Origin: Pirellula staleyi DSM 6068
GTDB taxonomy: Bacteria; Planctomycetota; Planctomycetia; Pirellulales; Pirellulaceae
Assembly (NCBI GenBank): GCA_000025185.1
Contig: CP001848.1
Location: forward strand, 3,630,001-3,662,000
Direction: 5' to 3'
DNA: 32,000 nucleotides
The position numbers and the translations under genes were made by a program. The notes beneath the pieces were generated by a model. That model ran no database searches, was not told the origin of the DNA, and saw only the letters and a program-made list of their open reading frames with translations. Below, piece after piece: positions 9,297 to 18,509 of this stretch. Every line of letters starts with the position of its first letter. Within the stretch, counting starts at the first letter, position 1.

Positions 9297-10805
9297 TTAT
9301 GTCAGGAGTTCGAAATCGTAGAGCGAGCGGATTTGGTCGGCTGATTTCGAACCAAGGTTGCTGACTCGCGTCAGCAGGGCATCGACATTGGCTACGCCGA
9401 GGGATGCCAGGCGCCGGAATTTTTCGTCGAGGATTTTACTCAGCTGGGCAGCATCTCCGCGCGCATGACCGTCGGGATAGAGAACCATGCCGCTGCTGAA
9501 ATTCCCGAGCACGTCATGAGTGATTTCGATTGTTGTCGGAATTCCGTCGGGATATTTCGAGTCGTACTCGGGTCCGCCATGCACAAACTCGATGCGCTCC
9601 ATCAAGCTCCGCGTGACTGGGTGATTGAGCACATCGTCGGCGTAGTCGGCAGGCAGGAGCATGAGATCGCTCCAACTGGCTGCTTTCGTTTCGCAAGCCT
9701 TCCGCAGGATCGTGCTGATGATGTAAACCATCGAATGGTCCGCACTTTGGCGCGTTTGCGGATTCCGTTTGTGCGGATCGCCAATGATGCTCCAGGCAGG
9801 CTCGTAGATCGTGATCCGAATGTTGCTGATGGCCGCAGGATCGTCCATCAGCGCGGGATGAGCGGCGAGCAACTGAATCAGGCCGTGAATCGCGCCGGCC
9901 GATTGGTGTTCGTAGAGTCCGAGCTTGAAGTGCATCCCCATGATGGCGAAGTCGTTGCCAGTGGTCGACAGTGGTAGGTCGAACGGACTTTCGCCAGGCT
10001 GTTGAGGCTTTTCGAACAGGCAGAAGATCGCCTGCGGATTGCGAAAGATATCGGCTGGCCCGATAAAGCCACGCATGGCGCGACGGACAGCGGTGACTGC
10101 CATTTCGGCGGTGATTGCTGCCGAAGCTCCTTTGGAATCGCTCAGCTGATGTCCGTGGCGAATGGCGCGGAACGGAACGTGGTGCGCCACGAGTTGTCCG
10201 ATCGCCGATTCGATTTGCTCCGCTGTCGCGCCGACGAGCGCTCCATAGACGGCTGCCGAAGCGATGCCTCCATGCAGCACGTGATCGATCTTGTAGTCCT
10301 TCAGGCCAAACACTTCGGCCAAGCGTCCCCGAATTTCGTCGAGGCAGAGCATCGCGCGCAGTAGCTTGGCACCGTCGAGACCTTTTTGCATCGCGCCGGC
10401 CACACAGACGGGATAGAAGTCGTTGTGACCGAACTCGCCTCGACAGCTTCCCGTACGGGGGTTGTAGCCAAAATTTGTGCCGTTGGAATCGAGTTCGCGA
10501 GCCGCCGAACTGTCGGCCAGCACCGCTTTTTCGGCAGCAACGGTGGACTGTGATCCGAGCACAGGAACCCCCAAGGGGGGCTGCATCGGGTAGTACATCG
10601 CCTCTTGTCGCAGCACTAAGGGGGCATTGGCTTTGATTCCCAAAGCGGCAATGGCACAGCCGATGCTATCGACGAAAAATTGTTCGGTGCGCTTGAGTGG
10701 CTCGGGATCGACTTCCCCGAACGCTCCGGCAAGGAAATCGATGGCATACTTTCCGATGCCGAGGGCCTGATTGGAGTCGCGCGGTAGGAGGAGATACTGG
10801 TTCAT
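9297..10805 (-). CDS. MmgE/PrpD family protein (2-methylcitrate dehydratase-like)
   Basis: 502 aa. It is collinear with E. coli PrpD blocks as I recall them: [10 protein letters not shown] (cf. DTLGCGLEAL), [11 protein letters not shown] (cf. ADRDHCIQYMV) and [10 protein letters not shown] (cf. EYPIGHARRR). No prpB or prpC gene is nearby. Confidence 0.8.
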   Translation of the reverse strand: MNQYLLLPRDSNQALGIGKYAIDFLAGAFGEVDPEPLKRTEQFFVDSIGCAIAALGIKANAPLVLRQEAMYYPMQPPLGVPVLGSQSTVAAEKAVLADSSAARELDSNGTNFGYNPRTGSCRGEFGHNDFYPVCVAGAMQKGLDGAKLLRAMLCLDEIRGRLAEVFGLKDYKIDHVLHGGIASAAVYGALVGATAEQIESAIGQLVAHHVPFRAIRHGHQLSDSKGASAAITAEMAVTAVRRAMRGFIGPADIFRNPQAIFCLFEKPQQPGESPFDLPLSTTGNDFAIMGMHFKLGLYEHQSAGAIHGLIQLLAAHPALMDDPAAISNIRITIYEPAWSIIGDPHKRNPQTRQSADHSMVYIISTILRKACETKAASWSDLMLLPADYADDVLNHPVTRSLMERIEFVHGGPEYDSKYPDGIPTTIEITHDVLGNFSSGMVLYPDGHARGDAAQLSKILDEKFRRLASLGVANVDALLTRVSNLGSKSADQIRSLYDFELLT

Positions 10806-10879
10806 CGGTGGGGGCTTTGTCTATCGCTAGTCTCGGTAGTTCGCTAGTCGATGATCGGGTGCGAGACTATAACACAAGG

Positions 10880-11896
10880 ATGAAGAGCGAAGATTCCAAA
10901 CCGGCGTCGGGGTTTCCCATCACTCGCATGCGTCGACTGCGGTACCATCCCGCAGTTCGGTCACTCGTGCGCGAGACCAAACTGACACCAAGTCAAATGA
11001 TCCTGCCTCTTTTTGCCCGTCCGGGGAAGGGGTTGCGACAACCAATTTCGTCGATGCCGCCCCATTGTCAGCTGAGTGTCGACTTGATTGCCGAGGAAGC
11101 GCGCGAGGCGGCAAAGCTGGGGCTCGGCGGGATTCTGCTGTTCGGCATTCCATCGGAAAAAGATGGATGCGGCAGCGATTCCTATAGCGACAATGGGATT
11201 GTTCAGCAGGCGATTCGGGCTGCTAAAGAGGCTGCCCCCGATCTGCTGGTGGTCACCGACGTTTGCTTCTGCGAGTACACCAGTCATGGCCACTGCGGCA
11301 TCGTCGACGACCATACCGGCCGGATGGATGTGAATAACGATGCGACCCTCGAGATTATTGCCAAACAAGTGGTGAGTCATGCTCAGGCCGGGGCCGATAT
11401 GGTGGCACCGAGCGGGATGATGGATGGGATGATTGGCACCATTCGCTCGGCACTGGATGGAGCAGGTTTTCATCACCTGCCGATCATGAGTTATGCCGCG
11501 AAGTATGCCAGCAGCTATTACGGACCGTTTCGCGAAGCTGCCGAGAGCACCCCGCAGTTTGGCGATCGCCGCGCCTATCAAATGGACCCCGCCGTGGCAG
11601 CCGAGCAAGCGCTGCGTGAGTGCGAACTCGATCTAGCCGAGGGGGCCGACATGCTGATGGTCAAACCGGCGCTCGCTTACCTCGATATCATTCGTGCGGT
11701 GCACGAAAAATTTCCGGGCGTGCCACTAGCGGCCTATAACGTCTCGGGCGAATACAGCATGGTGAAAGCGGCGGCCGAAAAGGGTTGGATCGACGAGCGC
11801 GGCGTCGCGCTTGAGACTCTCACGGCCATTGCTCGTGCCGGCGCTAAGATCATCATCACTTACTGGGCCAAAGATGTGGCCAAGTGGCTCGCTTAA
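10880..11896 (+). CDS. hemB: Porphobilinogen synthase (delta-aminolevulinate dehydratase) HemB
   Basis: The track ORF starts at 10697, but homology-like sequence begins at the ATG at 10880 ([21 protein letters not shown]). It has the Zn-type Cys cluster [14 protein letters not shown] and active-site Lys contexts MVKPA and SYAAKYAS. Confidence 0.95.
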   Translation: MKSEDSKPASGFPITRMRRLRYHPAVRSLVRETKLTPSQMILPLFARPGKGLRQPISSMPPHCQLSVDLIAEEAREAAKLGLGGILLFGIPSEKDGCGSDSYSDNGIVQQAIRAAKEAAPDLLVVTDVCFCEYTSHGHCGIVDDHTGRMDVNNDATLEIIAKQVVSHAQAGADMVAPSGMMDGMIGTIRSALDGAGFHHLPIMSYAAKYASSYYGPFREAAESTPQFGDRRAYQMDPAVAAEQALRECELDLAEGADMLMVKPALAYLDIIRAVHEKFPGVPLAAYNVSGEYSMVKAAAEKGWIDERGVALETLTAIARAGAKIIITYWAKDVAKWLA

Positions 11897-11984
11897 GTTT
11901 GTTGTGTTTTCAAAAAAACGCAAGAATCGCTCGATGTAATTCGATTTTAGTCTTCTCTTCCCTCCCACTGAGATCGCGACTGGC

Positions 11985-13301
11985 ATGTCCTCCACCGCTT
12001 CTGGCAACGCTCGCATGAACCGTGAAAAAAGTCAGCAGATCTTCGCAAAAGCTAAGCAGTTAATGCCGGGCGGAGTGAATAGTCCCGCGCGGGCATTTGG
12101 TGGTGTCGGTGGCGATCCGATTGTGTTCGATCGTGCGGAAGGGGCGTATCTTTACGACGTCGATGGGAACAAGTACATCGACTACATCGGTTCTTGGGGG
12201 CCAATGATTTTGGGGCACCGTCATCCACGTGTGGTGGACGCGGTGAAGCGAGCGGCTGATCGGGCATTCAGTTTTGGCGCCCCTTCGGTGGGTGAGAATA
12301 TCCTGGCGCAGCTGATTATCGACCTGGTCCCGTCGATTGAAATGGTTCGTCTCGTGAACTCTGGTACCGAAGCCACCATGTCGGCCATACGTGTCGCGCG
12401 GGGCTTCACTGGACGCGCAGGGATTGTGAAATTCGCCGGCAATTATCATGGCCACGTCGATAGTTTGCTCGTCGCAGCAGGATCAGCCGCGGCAACGCTG
12501 GGGGTGCCAAACTCACCAGGTGTGACTCCCGGAACGACGCAGGACACGCACATCGGACGCTACAACGATGTGCCCCATCTCGAGCAACTCTTTGCCCAGC
12601 ATGGCAGCGAAATTGCCGCTGTGATTTTCGAGCCGGTGGTTGGCAATATGGGATGTGTGATTCCATCGCCCGAGTTTTTGAGGTCGCTGCGAGAGATCAC
12701 GCGAAAGCACGGCGCTCTGCTGATTTGCGACGAAGTGATGACCGGCTTTCGGGTGTCGATCGGAGGAGCCCAGCAACTCTATGGGATCGAGCCCGATCTG
12801 ACGACGCTCGGAAAAATTGTTGGCGGCGGGATGCCAATCGGTGCTTACGGCGGTCGCGCCGATGTGATGAAGCATGTGCTTCCCGCTGGCAAGGTGTTTC
12901 AGGCGGGCACTTTGAGTGGAAACCCAATTGCCACAGCCGCTGGCATTGCGACGCTTGAGCAGCTTCGCGAAACGCCACCTTACGAGTATCTCGAGAAAAT
13001 CAGCGCGCAGCTCGAGGCGGGGCTCGCGCGTGAGGCAACGCAGGCCAACATTCCCCACGTCATCACGCGCGTTGGAAGCATGCTGACGTTGTTTTTCAGC
13101 AGCGTGCGTCCCCAAGATTGGGAGACTGCGAGCCAAAGCAATACGGCTCGTTATGCCAGCTACTTTTGGGGCTTGGCAGATCGTGGCATTTATATGCCAT
13201 GCAGCCAGTACGAAGCCCTGTTCATCTCAGCGGCGCATACGCCGGAAGATATCGAGGCCACGATTCGTTCCGCAGCCGAGGTCTTCAAGACACTGGCTTA
13301 A
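11985..13301 (+). CDS. hemL: Glutamate-1-semialdehyde 2,1-aminomutase HemL
   Basis: 438 aa. It has PGGVNSPARAF near the N-terminus and the class-III aminotransferase PLP-Lys context TTLGKIVGGGMP. An alternative ATG lies at 12015. Confidence 0.95.
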   Translation: MSSTASGNARMNREKSQQIFAKAKQLMPGGVNSPARAFGGVGGDPIVFDRAEGAYLYDVDGNKYIDYIGSWGPMILGHRHPRVVDAVKRAADRAFSFGAPSVGENILAQLIIDLVPSIEMVRLVNSGTEATMSAIRVARGFTGRAGIVKFAGNYHGHVDSLLVAAGSAAATLGVPNSPGVTPGTTQDTHIGRYNDVPHLEQLFAQHGSEIAAVIFEPVVGNMGCVIPSPEFLRSLREITRKHGALLICDEVMTGFRVSIGGAQQLYGIEPDLTTLGKIVGGGMPIGAYGGRADVMKHVLPAGKVFQAGTLSGNPIATAAGIATLEQLRETPPYEYLEKISAQLEAGLAREATQANIPHVITRVGSMLTLFFSSVRPQDWETASQSNTARYASYFWGLADRGIYMPCSQYEALFISAAHTPEDIEATIRSAAEVFKTLA

Positions 13302-13364
13302 CTGGAGCGGTGAGAGATAACTACAGCTTTTGGTACGAAGCTTGGACTTCGACCGTACGTCAAG

Positions 13365-13422
13365 AAAAAAATCGACGTGCGGGAAGGGCTGAAGCCTGCT
13401 CAACAGCTTCTCCCCGCACGTC
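13365..13422 (-). terminator. Rho-independent terminator candidate in the convergent gap between hemL and the small secreted protein gene
   Basis: A 10-bp GC-rich stem pairs gacgtgcggg (13374-13383) with cccgcacgtc (13413-13422). On the minus strand the stem is followed two nt later by a T7 run (A-run 13365-13371 on plus). On the plus strand the trailing sequence (ttgggtgg) is weak. Confidence 0.5.
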
Positions 13423-13578
13423 TTGGGTGGATCCTCAATGATCGCGTTTTGAATGGTAGTGAATCTTCTAGCGAGACATCTTGGCGGTCAAAGAGTCCAT
13501 GCATGAGAAGATTACGAGATCGGGTGAATGGGATGGTGCTTTATCCGATCACCCTTTGAGTACGACAGTTGAGAAGCT

Positions 13579-13902
13579 TTAGGGCTTGAGGCCGACTCTT
13601 GCCTTCACTTTGACGTCGGCTTTGACCTTCACGAGACCAAGCACTTTGACGTTGGCGTCGACGTCAACATTGGCGTCGAGCTTGAGCTTGGGAAGCTTGA
13701 TCGATGGGAGGCACAGGCAGCCACCTTCACCGCGGATAGCGTCGGCTTCGCTGGTGGTCAGAACGGTGCTGTTGTCGAGCCCCATCGCGGCAAATGCTTC
13801 TGGCATTTCCGAGGTAGCGGCTTGGTCGGCCGAGGCGATGCCAGCGGTGCCGAGGATGAGAGCGAAAGCGGCGGCGAGCCCCAGAATCTTGTTGCGGACC
13901 AT
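13579..13902 (-). CDS. Small secreted cationic protein with C-terminal hexapeptide repeats (hypothetical)
   Basis: 107 aa with an ATG start and AGGAG 11 nt upstream. It has a Sec signal MVRNKILGLAAAFALILGTAGIASA/DQ. The C-terminus carries five tandem hexads: DANVDV, DANVKV, LGLVKV, KADVKV, KARVGL. A 15-nt DNA repeat cactttgacgt(c/t)ggc occurs at 13606-13620 and 13642-13656. Confidence 0.6.
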   Translation of the reverse strand: MVRNKILGLAAAFALILGTAGIASADQAATSEMPEAFAAMGLDNSTVLTTSEADAIRGEGGCLCLPSIKLPKLKLDANVDVDANVKVLGLVKVKADVKVKARVGLKP

Positions 13903-13939
13903 AGTACGTAAACTCCTGCCACAGAACGTTTTACCTGCC

Positions 13940-13960
13940 CCCAGGAGGACATCTCCTGGG
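13940..13960 (-). promoter_or_regulatory. 5'-leader hairpin containing an SD-like AGGAG and its complement
   Basis: An 8-bp stem pairs cccaggag with ctcctggg, with a 5-nt loop. It lies 38-58 nt upstream of the ATG at 13902. The CUCCUG arm could alternatively pair with the real SD region (ggCAGGAG at 13914-13921). Confidence 0.3.
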
Positions 13961-14097
13961 TTACCCTGTGCGTTTCACTCTATCTGGGTGAAAGAGCTTC
14001 GCAACAGAATTTTTCGGCCCAGAAGGAGGCGGCAACCCGCCCGTTTGCGGTGGTCCGCGAGAGGTATTACGAGGAGTGTCAAAATGACCCAATTAGG

Positions 14098-14113
14098 CTG
14101 CGGAATTCCGCAG
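14098..14113. repeat. Perfect 16-bp palindrome ctgcggaattccgcag
   Basis: Read directly: ctgcggaa/ttccgcag. It sits in the 540-bp non-coding gap between guaA and the small secreted protein gene, about 200 bp upstream of the latter's start. It could be an operator or an RNA hairpin. Confidence 0.4.
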
Positions 14114-14443
14114 GAAAGCCCCTGAATTATTTGGGAAAACTTTTTCGACCTAAGGTGAAATGGAGTTCCAGAGGACTTGCTTTTCAGGGGCACTTCACGA
14201 CATTTCAGTCCAATCCGAACCAAAACGAAAGCTAGGGATCAGTTGTGGGCATTGTCTAGCAAACTGCTCGTCCAAGTGAAGCAAAAGAGAATGATGCCCC
14301 CGAGCATTTGAAGATGGTCCAGCGCGGATCTGCAAAACGCAGCAGATCGCACTACTATCGGCTCGAGTATCAGCTGGCGGGATGTCATGCGTGCTTTGCT
14401 GAGCACACATGAATGGCTGGTTTTCAGGCGAGTGATATCGCCA

Positions 14444-16012
14444 CTATTCCCACTCAATCGTCGCGGGTGGTTTGCTGCTGATGTCGTAGCAAACGCGATT
14501 CACACCCTTCACCTCGTTGATGATGCGTGTCGAAATTCGAGCAAGCACATCGTAGGGCAAGTGCGACCAGTCGGCGGTCATGAAATCGTCGGTATTCACG
14601 CAGCGAAGCGCTACGACATTTTCGTAGGTGCGAGCGTCGCCCATCACACCGACACTTTGCACCGGCAAGAGGACAGCAAAAGCTTGTGAGGTGCTACGAT
14701 AGAGACCAGCCGCTTTAATTTCGGCGATCATGATGGCGTCGGCTTCACGGAGTACATCAAGACGGGGCTTGGTGACCTCGCCTAAGCAGCGGACTGCCAA
14801 ACCGGGACCGGGAAACGGATGCCGCCAAACGAGATCTTCGGGCAATCCGAGTTCGAGACCCAGTTTGCGAACTTCGTCTTTGAAGAGGTCGCGCAGTGGC
14901 TCGACCAGTTCGAAGCCGAGTTCTGCAGGCAAGCCGCCGACGTTGTGATGCAATTTGATCGTGGCTGCAGGACCATCGGGCGCGGCGCCGCTTTCGATCA
15001 CGTCGGGATAGAGGGTTCCTTGAGCCAGGAACCGAGCATCCTCGATCTTTTTGGCTTCATCTTTGAAGCACTCAATAAACTCGTAGCCAATTTTTTTCCG
15101 TTTGGCTTGTGGTTCCGTTACACCGGCGAGTGCTTCAAGGAACCGTTTTTCCCCTTCCACGACGTGTAAATCGGTTTTGAAGTGGTTCGTGAACTCGGCA
15201 ATCACACCCGCTTGTTCATCTTTGCGGAGCAGGCCGTTATCGACCAGGATGCACGATAGTTTGGGGCCAATCGCGCGATAAAGCAGAGCCGCGGTGACAG
15301 CCGAATCGACACCACCCGAGAGGCCGCAGATGACCCGTGCATCACCGATTTGGGCACGCATCTTGAGGATCGCTTCTTTGGCAAAGTCGCCCAGTCGCCA
15401 CGTTCCGCTACAACCGCAGATAGCGGTGAGGAAGTTGTGGAGGATTGTTCCGCCGAGGGGAGTGTGGGTCACTTCGGGGTGAAACTGCATGGCGTAGACC
15501 GGCAGGGTCTTATGCTTCACTGCAGCGATGGGACAAGTGCCGGTTTTGGCGAGTGGAACGAAGTCGTCCGACACGCGCGACACCTGATCGCCGTGGCTCA
15601 TCCAAACATCAATCTTGTCGGGGACACCCGCAAACAGATCGGCATGCTCGGTGACGATGCATTGGCTGCGGCCATACTCGCGGGCAGGGGCACTATCGAC
15701 CTTGCCGCCCAGCGTGTCGCAGGCGAGCTGCATACCGTAGCAAATGCCTAGGACTGGAATCCCCATGTTGAAGAGGCGAGCATCGCAGCGCGGTGCTCCC
15801 GGTTCGTAGACACTCGAAGGTCCACCGGAAAGAATCAGCCCACGCGGGGCGTGATGAGCAATCTGCTCGACGGTGATATCGTGCCGCACGATCTCGCAGT
15901 AGACGTTGTTTTCCCGCACGCGGCGGGCAATCAGCTGGGCGTATTGCGAGCCAAAATCAAGTACCAGCACCCGCTGGTCGGCAATCGAGCGAAGGCCTGA
16001 ACCATCTGCCAT
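14444..16012 (-). CDS. guaA: GMP synthase (glutamine-hydrolysing) GuaA
   Basis: 522 aa. The class-I GATase domain has GICYGMQL and QFHPEV. The ATP-pyrophosphatase P-loop is GLSGGVDS. The C-terminus ...PPATIEWE is typical of GuaA. Confidence 0.97.
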   Translation of the reverse strand: MADGSGLRSIADQRVLVLDFGSQYAQLIARRVRENNVYCEIVRHDITVEQIAHHAPRGLILSGGPSSVYEPGAPRCDARLFNMGIPVLGICYGMQLACDTLGGKVDSAPAREYGRSQCIVTEHADLFAGVPDKIDVWMSHGDQVSRVSDDFVPLAKTGTCPIAAVKHKTLPVYAMQFHPEVTHTPLGGTILHNFLTAICGCSGTWRLGDFAKEAILKMRAQIGDARVICGLSGGVDSAVTAALLYRAIGPKLSCILVDNGLLRKDEQAGVIAEFTNHFKTDLHVVEGEKRFLEALAGVTEPQAKRKKIGYEFIECFKDEAKKIEDARFLAQGTLYPDVIESGAAPDGPAATIKLHHNVGGLPAELGFELVEPLRDLFKDEVRKLGLELGLPEDLVWRHPFPGPGLAVRCLGEVTKPRLDVLREADAIMIAEIKAAGLYRSTSQAFAVLLPVQSVGVMGDARTYENVVALRCVNTDDFMTADWSHLPYDVLARISTRIINEVKGVNRVCYDISSKPPATIEWE

Positions 16013-16266
16013 GGAATGTACCCACCCAGTAGAAATCGCAAGTCTATCGCGACGAGCTCGGCCTACTGCCAGGCAGCAAGCTGAGAGGCGAATCGCGTAG
16101 TTTAGCCATTTTTGATCTCGGTCGCACCAGGGGTAGGGGGTGGTAAGCGACAGTTCCGTCGGCAGATTGTGGCGGCTGACAAGGTGCGTTACTCTCCGCT
16201 AAGGGCCTGCAGGAATGCTGCAGCGGCCTAATCGCACTTCCCCTCTCGCATGGATGGACTATAGGC

Positions 16267-17034
16267 GTGCTGATTCTGCTGACGAACGACGACGGTATCT
16301 ACGCCCCAGGCTTGGCCGCACTGGAGCGCGAACTTGTCAAAATTGGGGATGTTTCGGTCGTAGCGCCCGCCACTGAACAGAGTGGTGTGGGGCATTCGAT
16401 CACGTTCCTCAGCCCGCTAATTTGCAAGGAAGTTTACGACGGGGATCGGCGCCGAGGCTATGCCGTCGAAGGGAGCCCCGCTGATAGTGTGAAGCTCGGA
16501 CTTTTTGAGCTTTGCCCACGTCGGCCCGATTTGGTGGTGAGTGGCATTAACGGTGGGCTGAATGCAGGGATCAACGTTTTGTATAGCGGTACGGTGGCGG
16601 CGGCGATTGAAGGAGCCTTCTTTGGAATCACCAGCATCGCGTGCTCGCTCGAGTTCCACGAACACGCAAATTACGCTCGCGCGGCAGTGATTTGCCGCGA
16701 GTTGATCGAGCAGGTTCTAAGACAAAAAACCGAGAAGCCGCAGCTTTATAATCTCAATATCCCGACGGCGGCGATTGAGAATCCCAAAGGGGCGAAGATT
16801 GTGCCGATGGGGGTCTCGCGCTATGGCGAACATTACATCAAGCGAGTCGATCCACGCGGACGCAATTATTACTGGGCGACCAATGATCCGCCCCCTCAGC
16901 CCGAAGGTTATGACACCGATCTGACGGCGCTCAGTGAAGGTTTCGTTACGCTGTCGCCACTGCATTACAACTTGACCGATCCACCGGCGCTCGACGCTAT
17001 GAAAAACTGGAAATTAGAACTTCCTGGGCTGTAG
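16267..17034 (+). CDS. surE: 5'/3'-nucleotidase SurE
   Basis: 255 aa with a GTG start. The N-terminus MLILLTNDDGIYAPG and the SGINGGLNAG motif are present. Confidence 0.95.
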   Translation: MLILLTNDDGIYAPGLAALERELVKIGDVSVVAPATEQSGVGHSITFLSPLICKEVYDGDRRRGYAVEGSPADSVKLGLFELCPRRPDLVVSGINGGLNAGINVLYSGTVAAAIEGAFFGITSIACSLEFHEHANYARAAVICRELIEQVLRQKTEKPQLYNLNIPTAAIENPKGAKIVPMGVSRYGEHYIKRVDPRGRNYYWATNDPPPQPEGYDTDLTALSEGFVTLSPLHYNLTDPPALDAMKNWKLELPGL

Positions 17035-17088
17035 AATGCGGCCAGCGGTTGAGCAGAGCGGTGGAGACGTGGAATCCAAAAGGGGCTG

Positions 17089-17655
17089 ATGATGAAACGG
17101 TTGTGGAACTTGACGCTGTTGATCGGTGTCGTGGCGGTTGGCAGTTTGGCGGTTGGTTGTGGCAGTAATGCAACACCAACAGCAGCCGCCCCTGTAGCAC
17201 CAGCTGTGACGGCACCACCACCTCCGCCTGGTCCGCCCGCACCTCCTGCTCCGCCGACCATCGAGCCAGGAGCGCCTGTTGGTGCGGAAGTGCCATCCGG
17301 TACCGAGGCACCTGTAGATCCGGCTGCTGGAACGTCAGCCGATGAAACCGAGCGGGTGAAGGCGACCAAAGGGGTTGGCAAAGCGGGACGTAGTCTCGAC
17401 GAGCACGAGGGAATGGTTGTCACGCCAGTCAAAACGCTGTTTGCTGCTAAAGAGCGAATCGTGTTCGAAATCCAGATTCCTCAGGCACTTGCGCTGTTTT
17501 ACGGACTCGAAGGACGCTTCCCGGAATCGCACGACGAGTATATGGAGAAGGTGATTACCGCCAATCAGATTCCGCTACCAGTGCTTCCGGAAGGGCACAA
17601 ATACGTCTACGACGTCGAGACCCACGAACTGATGGTCGAGCGACCCAAGAAGTAG
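17089..17655 (+). CDS. Lipoprotein with Pro/Ala-rich linker (hypothetical)
   Basis: 188 aa with an ATG preceded by AAAGGGG. The lipobox is SLAVGC/GS. A run PPPPPGPPAPPAPP is followed by a globular C-terminal domain of about 90 aa (GMVVTPVKTLFAAKERIVFEIQIPQAL...). It starts 55 nt after surE. Confidence 0.75.
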   Translation: MMKRLWNLTLLIGVVAVGSLAVGCGSNATPTAAAPVAPAVTAPPPPPGPPAPPAPPTIEPGAPVGAEVPSGTEAPVDPAAGTSADETERVKATKGVGKAGRSLDEHEGMVVTPVKTLFAAKERIVFEIQIPQALALFYGLEGRFPESHDEYMEKVITANQIPLPVLPEGHKYVYDVETHELMVERPKK

Positions 17656-17658
17656 CGG

Positions 17659-17680
17659 TTTGGCAACGTCGCGTTGCCAA
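17659..17680 (+). terminator. Hairpin immediately after the lipoprotein stop codon (weak terminator candidate)
   Basis: ttggcaacg-tcg-cgttgccaa forms a 9-bp perfect stem starting 4 nt after the stop at 17655. It is followed by ttggcaac, a third copy of the arm, rather than by a clean T-run. Confidence 0.35.
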
Positions 17681-17944
17681 TTGGCAACAGCGGGGCTGAT
17701 TCGCAACACTTGGCCGAGAAGGGAGTAGCCACGCAAATCGGGCTAATTAGCATGAAATAGGTGCAGGTTCACACGGCGTCCGTTTTTGGCTCGCTATGTG
17801 CAATAGAGCACCTTCGCACGGAAGCGGTTCCCCGTCGGCGCTAAAGCCTGTGGCACGATAGCCATCGGCACGCCTTGGGAGTGTGCCGTCATGCTATCGA
17901 TTCCATCAAGTCCATCCAGTTGCCGCTTCGGGCGACGGCCTGCG

Positions 17945-18487
17945 ATGTCGCTACCTGCTCTGCTGCTGGTGGTGATTACTTCGGCGAATCTCGCTGCAGC
18001 TGATTGGATCACCGCACCTTCGACCTACACGCACGAGCCGCTGCAAGGTGAACGCGTTGCGCAGTACTCTCCGATCGGACCGTTCTACTACTATCAGCGT
18101 GCCGACTATCTGAAGAGTGGTTATCGCCACTATCGCAGCACGATCCAAATCGGAAACTCGGCTGATAACTATCACCAGGTGGAAGAGTGGGGACGCCCGG
18201 TTCGGCCTTACGAAGAATGGCGCTTCCCTTACCGGCCCTACAGCGTTCCCTATCAGCAATGGGGACCTCCGTTCGGCGGTCTCGGCGGCGGTGGTGGCTT
18301 TATCGGTCCCTATCCCTACGGCGGCGGCGGCTTTGGTGGTGGAGGTGGAGCGTACAACAACGGCATGCCCTATGGGGCTGTTCCACCGAACGCCAACGTG
18401 GTGCCGCAGCAATGGATGGACGGGCATTACCCGAGCTATAACCAGCGAGATCGCTCGGATTACTACCGACCCTATCGACCTGAATAA
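17945..18487 (+). CDS. Secreted Gly/Tyr/Pro-rich low-complexity protein (hypothetical)
   Basis: The track ORF starts at 17891. The ATG at 17945 gives the signal peptide MSLPALLLVVITSANLAAA/DW. The mature part has about 22 Tyr, eight P-Y dipeptides and Gly runs (GGLGGGGGFIGPYPYGGGGFGGGGGAY, about 18262-18355). Its stop lies 22 nt from the convergent C39 gene stop. Confidence 0.6.
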   Translation: MSLPALLLVVITSANLAAADWITAPSTYTHEPLQGERVAQYSPIGPFYYYQRADYLKSGYRHYRSTIQIGNSADNYHQVEEWGRPVRPYEEWRFPYRPYSVPYQQWGPPFGGLGGGGGFIGPYPYGGGGFGGGGGAYNNGMPYGAVPPNANVVPQQWMDGHYPSYNQRDRSDYYRPYRPE

Positions 18488-18509
18488 CGTGGCTTGGCTT
18501 CGTTCGCCT

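Noticed and set aside
10961-11608. 215-aa minus-strand ORF
   Set aside because: It is antisense to hemB, whose frame is unambiguous from its motifs. No motifs are present in the antisense product.
12513-13136. 207-aa minus-strand ORF
   Set aside because: It is antisense to hemL. This is a shadow ORF.
13940-13995. Possible c-di-GMP-I (GEMM-I) riboswitch in the leader of the small secreted protein gene
   Set aside because: The minus-strand ACGCACAGGGUAACCC followed by a hairpin superficially resembles the 5' part of the Vc2 aptamer (ACGCACAGGGCAAACC...). However, the tetraloop/receptor and the conserved GACGCAAAGC and GGUAGC elements are missing. This is probably coincidence, and an Infernal scan would settle it.
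16965-17432. 155-aa minus-strand Gly/Ala-rich ORF
   Set aside because: It is the mirror image of the Pro-rich linker of the plus-strand lipoprotein (CCN read as NGG). The plus-strand frame has a lipobox, an SD and a globular domain.
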